9,012 nucleotides of DNA, taken from Octopus sinensis. Taxonomy: Eukaryota. The notes beneath the pieces are model-generated. The model was not told the DNA's origin. It ran no database searches and saw only the letters and a program-made list of their open reading frames with translations. Below are positions 1 through 7,842 of this stretch, one piece after another. A program made the translations under genes and the position numbers. How positions within the stretch are numbered: the stretch's first letter is position 1; each line of letters opens with the position of its first letter. Where the stretch lies: NCBI RefSeq assembly GCF_006345805.1, contig NW_021828181.1, forward strand, positions 1-9,012, read 5' to 3'.

Positions 1-206
1 TTTGTGTCTCGTTTGTCCTCCCAACCATCGCTTGACAACCGATGCTGGTGTGTTTGCGTCCCCGTAACTTAGGGGTTCGGAAAAAGAGACCGATAGAATA
101 AGTACTAGGCTTCCAAAGAATAAGTCCTGGGGTTGATTTGTTTGACTAAAGGCGGTGCTCCAGCATGGCCACAGTCAAATGACTGAAACAAGTAAAAGAG
201 TAAGAG
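1..206 (+). mobile_element. 3' half of tRNA-derived SINE (family A), cut by the window edge
   Basis: Aligns by eye with the reverse complement of 233-430 and with 2530-2946 (gtttgcgtccccgtaacttag...cagcatggccacagtcaaatgactgaaacaagtaaaaga). Ends in a short AAAAGAG-type tandem tail. Confidence 0.85.
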
Positions 207-232
207 TATATATTATTTTATTTTATTTTATT

Positions 233-460
233 TCTTTTACTTGTTTCAGTAATTTGACTGCGGCTATGCTAGAGTACCACCTGAAACGGTTTTTAGTCTA
301 AGAAATCGACCCCAGGATTTATTCTTTGTAAGCCTAGTAGTTATTCTATCTCTTTTGTCGAACTGCTAAGTTACAGGGACGTAAACACACCAACATTGTC
401 AAGCGATGAGAGTGCGTGTACAAAAACAGATACATACAAATATATGCATACATACATACA

Positions 461-496
<36 letters not shown>

Positions 497-706
497 TGTA
501 TGTATGTATGCATGTATGTATGTATGTATGTATGTATGTATGTATACAACGTGCTTCTTTCAGTGCCCGTCCACTAAATCCATACACAAGGCTTTAATCG
601 GACCAAGGCTATAGTAGAAGACACTTGCTCAACGTGCCACGCAATGGGGCTGAACCTGGAACCACGTAGTTGAGAAGCAAGCTTCTAACCACACACCAAC
701 TCTTGC
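233..706 (-). mobile_element. Full-length SINE family A with an expanded internal microsatellite
   Basis: The minus strand reads gcaagagttggtgtgtggttagaagc (A-box-like) ... ggttccaggttcagcccc (B-box-like) ... ggcacgttgagcaagtgtctt (reminiscent of the CORE motif), then a TATG/TACA array, then the same 3' half and tail as 1-206. Confidence 0.85.
430..545. repeat. (TACA)n/(TATG)n microsatellite inside the SINE
   Basis: Directly visible tetranucleotide array. It explains the HTYI/MYVC ORFs at 346-614. Confidence 0.95.
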
Positions 707-707
707 A

Positions 708-804
708 TTTATATATATATATACATACACACAGTCACAAACATATGCAGATACTGTATGTGAGAGTAGGTGTTTCTGTGCGCGAGTGTGTGTGTATCTG
801 TCCG

Positions 805-846
<42 letters not shown>
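708..846. repeat. Compound (TA)n/(CA)/(TG)n microsatellite
   Basis: Directly visible. Confidence 0.9.
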
Positions 847-847
<1 letters not shown>

Positions 848-1269
848 TGCGTGCGGTAGATGTATATTCTTGGGCATTATTGCCATGTAAGATTAGCTAA
901 CACTATGCATTTGTCTATGTAAGCCCTCTTGTACATAATCGATCCTTAATCTTCCTTAAACCAACCAACATGGTTTTTTGCTCCTTTCTGACCACCAAAT
1001 CCATGATACAACAAGAACCCAATGACTACCATTTTCCTCTAGACTTTAAACATTACCCACCCCTACCTCACCCCTACCCTACTCCTAATTAACAAGCTTT
1101 TCATCCTTAAAATTGGAAACCAAAAGGAAGCACATTTCCCAAATCGCCTCCGCGCTTCTTATTTCTTACTACAACCTCGCTACCAGATCTCTTAATCTCT
1201 TAATATCTTTAATCTTTACTTTATTCCTAATACTGTTTCAAATTTACTTCTTTTCCTAACCGCCCATTG

Positions 1270-1485
1270 CATGAGGGGGTGCTGAAAAGTTCCTGACTTT
1301 AAGGATGTCACGAAAAGCCTGGTTTAAGGCCTAACCTTCTGAGTTCTCTTACAGGGCTTAGAAAAACTGAAGGACCGCTGCAATAAGTGGGTGAATATGA
1401 GAAGGGAATATGTGGAATAATGTCGTAATTAAGTGATCCTCCTGTATATTCTTTTACCCAAAGCGAGGAACGTTTCAGCATCGTA
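1270..1485 (+). mobile_element. Non-autonomous Tc1/mariner derivative (MITE), copy 1
   Basis: Degenerate TIRs (tgagggggtgctgaaaagttcctgacttt / aaagcgaggaacgtttcagca..tcg-ta) with TA-like ends. 1349-1420 translates LQGLEKLKDRCNKWVNMRREYVE*, which matches the mariner transposase C-terminus pattern (G-x-x-KL-x-x-RW-x-KCV-x-x-x-GDYVE). Confidence 0.8.
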
Positions 1486-1489
1486 CATA

Positions 1490-1490
<1 letters not shown>

Positions 1491-1533
<43 letters not shown>

Positions 1534-1551
1534 ATATTATATATATATAAT

Positions 1552-1596
<45 letters not shown>
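1491..1596. repeat. (TG)n then interrupted (TA)n microsatellite
   Basis: Directly visible. Confidence 0.95.
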
Positions 1597-1598
<2 letters not shown>

Positions 1599-1708
1599 TT
1601 ATCAAATGAAATAAAATGAAAAACAGGACCTGGCATATACGGTGCTACCTTATCAAGTATTCACCCTGAATTGATAATATAATATATATATCTATATATA
1701 TATATATA

Positions 1709-1930
1709 CACAAAGGAGTGTTGAAAAGTACTCGACTCTAAGGGTACCGTAAAAGGCCTGGTGGGAGGCCCAACGTACCAAGTTCTTTTACAGGGCTCAG
1801 AAAAACTGAAGGACCGCTGCAATAAGTGTGTGAATCTGAGAAGGGGATTATGTTGAATAAAATCATAACTAACTGACCCACCTGTATTTTCTTTTACCCA
1901 AAGCCAGGAACTTTTCTGCACGCCCTCTTA
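1709..1930 (+). mobile_element. Non-autonomous Tc1/mariner derivative (MITE), copy 2
   Basis: Same internal sequence as copy 1 (ttacagggct-agaaaaactgaaggaccgctgcaataagtg-gtgaat...). Right TIR aaagccaggaacttttctgcacgccctct-ta. The left end abuts a (TA)n run. Confidence 0.8.
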
Positions 1931-2310
1931 TGCCCTAACGCATGGCCTAGTCTTCAGCAACCCTCTCGAATAAATAACGCCCCAACTATAAATAGAATTA
2001 AATTCGCAAAAACTACGTAAGTTGTTAAAGTTTGTTTTTAATTACCACGCTATCATATTGCGTCTGTTACTGCCCAACAATTGACATTTCAAATTTAACT
2101 TTTTCATCACGGTCGTCACAATCCTTATATTCAAATAACTTTATATACCCCACCAATTCACCAAAAGACCTTCACATACACCTGCACCGAGACATGCAAA
2201 CATGCTACCCTTTAACAAGCCACCTCTATAACCCTAGGCATTGTATTCTCCTGAGATTATTTCATCATCTACAATGACCACCTCCGTTTTTTATTTTAAA
2301 ATTTCTCATA

Positions 2311-2946
2311 GGCGCGTGTGTGACTGCGTGGTAAGAAGTTTGCTTCTTGAGAACGTAGTTCCAGGTTCTGTCCCACTGCATGGCACCTTGGGGGAAATGT
2401 CTTTTACGATGGCCTCAAACCGACCATAGTCTTGTTAGTGGATTTGACAGGTGGAAACAGAAAGAAGTCTGTCGTGTATATATGTGCATGTGTGTGTGTA
2501 TGTGTGTGCATGCATGTGTGTATCGTTGTGTCTGTGTTTTTCCCCACCATCACCACTTGTTTACGTCCCCGTCATGTAGCGCTTCGGAAAAAGAGACCAA
2601 TAGAAGAAGTAAAAAAAAAAATGCTCCTTTTTAAAGCCTAGCCAGGCTCATGGGCCCGGTTTCCCGGTTTCAATGGCGTATGTGTTCCCCAGCTGGACAG
2701 GGCGCCAGTCCATCGCAGCGTTACTCATTTTTGCGAGCTGAGTTGACTGGAGCAACGTGAAATGAAGTGCTTTGCTCAAGAACACAACGCGTCGCCCTAA
2801 CCACTAAGCTACGCGCCTCCACCTAGAAGAAGTACCAAGCGTAAAAATAAATAAGTACAGTGGTCGATTCGCCCGAAAAAATCCTACAAGATGATGCCCC
2901 AGCATGGCCACAGACGAATGATTGAAGCAAGTAAAAGATAAAAGAA
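2311..2946 (+). mobile_element. Full-length SINE family A, interrupted by a family B insertion
   Basis: Head ggcgcgtgtgtgactgcgtggtaagaag...gttccaggttctgtccca; TG-rich middle at about 2483-2530; 3' half resumes at 2824 and ends aagtaaaagataaaagaa. Confidence 0.85.
2612..2823 (-). mobile_element. SINE family B, copy 1 (B-box deleted), nested in SINE A
   Basis: Perfect 11-bp TSD TAGAAGAAGTA at 2601-2611 and 2824-2834. Near-identical to 7878-8106. Sense-strand head ggtggaggcgcgtagcttagtggttaggg. Confidence 0.9.
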
Positions 2947-2952
2947 GTCTGA

Positions 2953-4810
2953 AGATTTTCGTCCTTATACTGCGAATCTTTGAACGTTTTGACTAACCAT
3001 AGGCATAAATGGACACGTGAGGAATATATTTCAATCCTACACGCTTACTTTACAGCAGTGCTGTACCCAAAGAACGAAAATACAACAACATATACATATA
3101 AAATATGGAAGAAAAATAACATAAATAAAGACTTGGATACAGCAATGAACCCTAATAAACTAGCTAACATACGAAGATATATTCTCATCGCAAAAAAATA
3201 TCAGAAATAGAAATAGAACATTTAAAAGAAAAGATATATCAGGAAAATGTAGATAGAAGCCACACAACAATGCCAAATAATATAAACACTGAAATAGTAA
3301 AGGCAAACGTAACATTTCCAACAAAAACGAAGTAAACAAAAAACAACAAACCCAGACCGTAGCGAAGCAAAATAATGTACAAAACACCACAGACAGACAA
3401 ACATACGAATGAGAAAGAAAACGAAACACATCTAAAACCTGGAAACAACGAAGGGGAACCTAATGATTATGATACTATAAAAAACTAGAATACCACAGAT
3501 CTCAGAATGGACCCTCGACCATACCTCCCAAAAATCAAAATAGACATCAAAACAACATCAATAATAAATAGCATAAACCTGGCCGTCACGGAATTAATAG
3601 CCATTGAAACAAATAGCAATATCACTGAGCTAAATGACATAATATATGCAGCAGCCACTGCCACCACAAAAGAAGCTGGATACTCCCTGAAACCCATCCA
3701 AACAGGAGTACCACCACTCAAACAAACCCTGTGGATAAATAACATCCAAAACAAAATACAAAAAATGAGAAAAGATCTGTCGATTCTTCACGAAATTAGT
3801 CGACAATCAACGCTACTAAGCAACAAAAAGAAAACAAAAATACTGTGCAAGTACAACATCACAGAAAAAGATTTACCTGAGATAAAAGAAAAGTTAAAGC
3901 AAGATATCCTTGCCAAAGCACAAAGGATCCGCCGGTATGAGAAACGCCAACGTTTCTTTGGACAAAATAAACAGTTCAACTCCAACCTCAAAAAGTTCTA
4001 CCAAGAACTTGGCAAAAATAAAATAGACATCACTGCAGCACCAACGGCAGAAGAAGTGGAAGAATTCTGGAAAGAAATATGGTCGGCAAATGAACAACCA
4101 CAGAAAAAGACTATTAAAACAGCAAACTTAGCACCTGAGCAACTCTGGACCCCCTTAACAACTGAAGAGGTCACCCAGGCACTGCAAAGACTAAGCAACT
4201 GGAAGGCACCTGGACACGACAAGATCCCCAACTTCTGGTTGAAATATCTGACAGGAATGCACAAAAAGCTGGCTGAAAACTTTAACGCCATACTGGCAGA
4301 GCCAGAGACAATGCCTGAATGGCTCACGAAAGGTAAAACCATCTTAATTCCCAAATCCAATGAGACAGCAAAACCAGAAAACTACAGACCTATAACCTGT
4401 CTCCCTACAATGTACGAAGCCCTTACTGCAGTAATATCGCAAAGAATGAACAAGCACCTGGACGAAAACAACCTGTTTCCAGAAGAGCAGAAAGGATTCC
4501 GCAAAGGCTCATATGGCTGTAAAGATCAACTAATGATCAATGAAGCCATAACTGAAGACAGCCGCAGAAAGAAGAAAGGCCCCAGTATGGCCTGGATCGA
4601 CTACCGAAAGGCGTTTGATAGCATTCCCCCCACGTGGATCCTCGAAACACTAGCCATTAACAAGGTAGAACCAACAATTATAAAATACATAAAACACTCC
4701 ATGAATAAATGGCAGACAGTGCTACAGCTCCAAACAAAAGAGGGACTCGTGAAAATCAAAGCCATCCCCATTAGAAGAGGAATATTCCAGGGAGACACGT
4801 TCTCTCCACT
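2953..4810 (+). mobile_element. Decayed non-LTR retrotransposon of the R4/Dong/Rex6-like (RLE) type, 3' half missing
   Basis: N-terminal HKWTREEY...IW...KLANIRRYI motif (2980-3210). A frameshift near the A7 run at 3192-3198 leads into the RT frame, which has stops at 3333, 3360 and 3486. RT motifs: WKAPGHDKIPNFWLK, GKTILIPK, NYRPITCLPTMY, EQKGFRKGSYGCKDQL, AWIDYRKAFDS, RRGIFQGDTFSPL. Clade call is from remembered motif similarity. Confidence 0.85.
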
Positions 4811-4934
4811 CCGACCTCGGTGGAATTTGAACTCACAACGTAACGGCAGACGAAATACGGTTACGTGTTTCGCCGGCGGGCTAAAGTTTCTGCCAGCCCG
4901 CCGCCCTGACATAACTTATATTATACACATCTAA
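3507..4934 (+). pseudogene. 475-aa ORF: truncated non-LTR reverse transcriptase (up to the QG motif) plus a 41-aa tail from an antisense SINE and flank
   Basis: RT motifs end at QGDTFSPL (4788-4811). There is no YxDD, thumb, CCHC knuckle or restriction-like endonuclease. The residues after 4811 come from SINE C and its flank. Confidence 0.85.
4811..4907 (-). mobile_element. 5' tRNA-derived head of SINE family C, 3'-truncated
   Basis: The minus strand reads agggcggcgggctggcagaaactttagc...gtgagttcaaattccaccgaggtcgg, with A-box-like (gctggcagaaac) and B-box-like (gagttcaaattcc) motifs. It stops shortly after the B box. Confidence 0.8.
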
Positions 4935-5000
4935 TGCAAAAACATCTTGTAGATGTTGATAGTCTATGGAATATAAATAAAATTTGAATACTTATTCTTT

Positions 5001-5787
5001 CTGTGCGGCCCGATATCAAATAATCTATGTCCCAGTACTGGTCTGCGGCCCGATTCTGGTTCGCGGTCGGGCGGTGGTTGCACTGGATTAACCATTAAGC
5101 AAAATTAACATGTGCTTAAGGCCTCAAGGTAAGAGGAGGGATCTAGTCTGCACTGAACCCACGTCTACATTGTGCTCAAATGTGCCTCCAATGTCCTCCT
5201 GATGTACCACAATATGTCTTTTACCTAAGAGGTTGAGTTTGATTTGAGGGAGCTTTGGTCGCCATTTTTAGCTGGTCAAACAACCACAATGAGACTGCTT
5301 CATTTTCTCGAAATTTTTCTGTGGTTATTATTGGTTAGCTCCAAGGTAATCCTTATTGAGCAGGTATGCAAACAAACACAATCCTTTTGTGACTACCCAG
5401 TCCACTGATACCAGCAATGGTAAATGATTTACGGTACAGAACAAATCACTTTAAAATTATTAAGATAATATTCGGAGTGGTTCATATGATCGGAAATATA
5501 ATTTTGAAGTGTTCACGGTGTTATAGTGAGGATCTGATCAAAGATTTTGTAATTGATAAAATAAAACAGGAGAAAACTTTCAAAGTCTAAATAAAATGGA
5601 AGTATATAAAAATATGCAATGTTTTCAATCTTATTGGTAGATATGTTTCATTCTGAAAAATAGAATTTATTTTATGGTCTATTATTGTTTATATTTTGAA
5701 TTAGACATATATGGGGGCACCAAAATCCGTAAGTGCTTAGGGCCGCAATGGGCATTCATCCGGTCCTGGGCAGTGGTAGACCCTTCG
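5001..5787. mobile_element. Terminal remnant of a hAT/Charlie-like element, split by the 5078-5768 insertion
   Basis: Repeated GCGGCCCGAT subterminal motifs (ctgtgcggcccgat 5001-5014, ctgcggcccgat 5043-5054). The rebuilt empty site ggttcgcggtcgGGCAGTGGtagaccctt resembles Charlie/MER1-type ends. Confidence 0.55.
5078..5768 (+). mobile_element. Non-autonomous hAT element (Tip100-like TIR CAGGACCGGAT)
   Basis: 8-bp TSD GGCGGTGG (5070-5077) / GGCAGTGG (5769-5776), 7 of 8 matching. TIRs ttgcactggattaa / ttcatccggtcctg, 9 of 14 matching. Subterminal direct repeat gtgctta(a/g)ggcc at 5112 and 5733. Weak transposase-like tail SEDLIKDFVIDKIKQEKTFKV* near 5525-5590. Confidence 0.75.
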
Positions 5788-5915
5788 CTACCAACACATA
5801 TTTCACTCTGTTACCCATTTTATCGATGTTCATTGTCGAACAGCTAGTTCCGGTGAAAAGATAAATACACACCGGCCATGCTTGCGTGGTCTCTACCCCG
5901 CCTCTCTATCATTCT

Positions 5916-5966
5916 CAAACACGCGCACGCACGCGCGCACACACTCACACACGCACACACACACAC
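5916..5966. repeat. (CG/CA)n microsatellite
   Basis: Directly visible. Confidence 0.9.
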
Positions 5967-5967
5967 T

Positions 5968-6139
5968 TATGTGACTGGAATTCTTCAGTGTCTTTCAGCT
6001 AAATTCCACTCAAAAAGTATTGGTCGAGGAGGGGCCACAATAGCAGAAAAATAACTTTGAAAGATGCATGTGGTATCGCAACGGGGTTGAAACAGGATGT
6101 CCATGGCTGCAAATTGGATGTCTTACCTACACAGCTATA
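5968..6139 (-). mobile_element. Old, diverged 5' part of SINE family A or a relative
   Basis: Collinear by eye with 544-700 (ttcagtg...aaat-cca..ca.aag...tcg...aatagcagaa...ggggttgaaacagga...cttacc.acacagc), with many substitutions. Confidence 0.65.
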
Positions 6140-6147
6140 GTCACTGC

Positions 6148-6650
6148 ACATACATACATACATACATACATACATGCATACATACATACATACATACACA
6201 CATACATACATACATGGATACATACATACATACATACGTACGTACGTACATACATACATGCATACATACATACATGCATACATACATACATATATACATG
6301 CATACATACATACATACATACATACATACATACATACATGCATTCATACATACATGCATACATACATGCATACATGCATACATACATACATACATACATA
6401 CATGCATACATGCATACATACATACATACATACATACATGCATTCATACATACATACATACATACATACATGCATTCATACATACATACATACATACATA
6501 CATACATGCATTCATACATACATACATACATACATACATACATACATACATACATACATACGTACGTACATGCATACATACATACATACATACATACATG
6601 CATACATGTATACATACATACATACATACATACGTACATACATACATACA
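6148..6650. repeat. About 500-bp (TACA)n microsatellite with TGCA/TTCA/TACG variants
   Basis: Directly visible. It generates all six HTYI/MYVC ORFs at 5999-6740. Confidence 0.97.
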
Positions 6651-6669
6651 ATTTAAATAGACAAAGTCA

Positions 6670-6750
6670 CATATATATGTACAATGTACACATACACAGA
6701 CACACACTATAAGTATATATACTGTACATAATGCATACATATATATATAT

Positions 6751-6805
<55 letters not shown>

Positions 6806-6920
6806 ATGTATAGATACATATCTATGTGAGGGAATCTATATATCTATCAAACTATCTATATCTATGAATGTGCATATATGTGTGTGATTTGTGTGTGTGT
6901 GCGTATTTATATTTATACAT
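6670..6920. repeat. Compound (TA)n, (TATC)n and (TG)n low-complexity tract
   Basis: Directly visible. Confidence 0.9.
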
Positions 6921-7222
6921 ACTCACTACATATATAGAGGAGCAACAAAAATAAAATAAAAAACAATAATCGAAGATAAAACAAAACAAAGAAGCAGAGA
7001 ATATAAAATAAAAGAAAAACATAAGCAACAAAAAAAAGCAAAGAAATTAATAATCTTAATAACAAAGAAAAAAAATATCGCAGACATTTTCTATATAACA
7101 TACAAGGACATCAATATCATCTCGAACAACTACCAATAAAAGTACTAAATATACATCGACAACTGTGTGAGTAACGGAGTGTTGTTTACAAGAATCAAAG
7201 TGCTTGTGTGGTAAACAACAAA

Positions 7223-7325
7223 TAGAGAGAGAGAGAGACGGAGAGACAGAGAGACAGAGAGACAGAGAGAGAGAGAGAGAGATAGAGAAGGAGGAGAGAG
7301 AGACAGAGAGGGGGAGCGGGGAGAA
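7223..7325. repeat. (GA)n/(GAGACA)n polypurine tract
   Basis: Directly visible. Confidence 0.92.
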
Positions 7326-7440
7326 AACAGAGAACTAACAAAACAAACATTTGTAGCAATTTACCATTTCAACAAAGAAAACCATTTATAGTTTGCCGAA
7401 GGATAGTTAATTTCTATCTACTCACTTCCAAATGAAACAT

Positions 7441-7442
<2 letters not shown>

Positions 7443-7477
<35 letters not shown>

Positions 7478-7530
7478 AACACACACACAAACGCACACGC
7501 ACGCACGCACACACAGTGACAGGAGTGCGT

Positions 7531-7572
<42 letters not shown>
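7443..7572. repeat. (CA)n tract followed by (GT)n tract
   Basis: Directly visible: CA-rich 7443-7515, GT-rich 7525-7572. Confidence 0.92.
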
Positions 7573-7574
<2 letters not shown>

Positions 7575-7842
7575 GGATTTTATTTTGCATGTGTGAATGT
7601 TGTGTTATGTCGTTTGGTGCGTGTATGTTCATAGTTCGCGTTGTGTGTATTGTCGTCTGTTGCTCTTACGCTATACGAAGCTAAGCAGACGATTGTGTAT
7701 GTTTCGTGTTGTGTGAACGTGTATACATGCATTCAGATTGGTGTAGAAGTTTTATGTTCGTGTCCAGGCATATAAATACATTCACACATACATACATACA
7801 AACATATCTACAAACATACATACACTCATGCATATATGAGTG

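Noticed and set aside
346-900. ORFs of HTYI/MYVC/CVCV repeats
   Set aside because: They are stop-free translations of TACA/TG microsatellites within and next to a SINE.
890-1269. Nuclear mitochondrial insertion suggested by G-poor strand bias
   Set aside because: Hand translation with TGA as Trp still leaves TAA/TAG stops and shows no recognisable mitochondrial protein motif.
1661-2634. ORFs 1661-1921, 2032-2277, 2241-2429, 2380-2634 and 2432-2641
   Set aside because: They are short, mostly overlap MITE, SINE or SSR sequence, and show no recognisable domains.
4875-4902. GC-rich 8-bp hairpin (ggcgggct/agcccgcc) resembling an intrinsic terminator
   Set aside because: It lies in the tRNA-derived SINE head, has no U-tract, and the context is eukaryotic.
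3160-4912. Minus-strand ORFs rich in F/L/C/V, some looking like membrane proteins
   Set aside because: They are antisense shadows of the A-rich LINE coding strand.
3507-4934. Prokaryotic RT system (retron, DGR, group II intron, CRISPR-RT, Abi)
   Set aside because: The motifs and N-terminal region are those of eukaryotic non-LTR elements. There is no msr/msd, TR/VR pair, operon or bacterial gene context.
3507-4934. Active or clearly domesticated reverse transcriptase gene
   Set aside because: It lacks YxDD and the endonuclease, conserved residues appear substituted, and the upstream frame is broken. Kept only as a testable lead.
5999-6740. Overlapping 98-214 aa ORFs, including an apparently His-rich protein
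   Set aside because: All frames are open only because (TACA)n lacks stop codons. There is no coding complexity.
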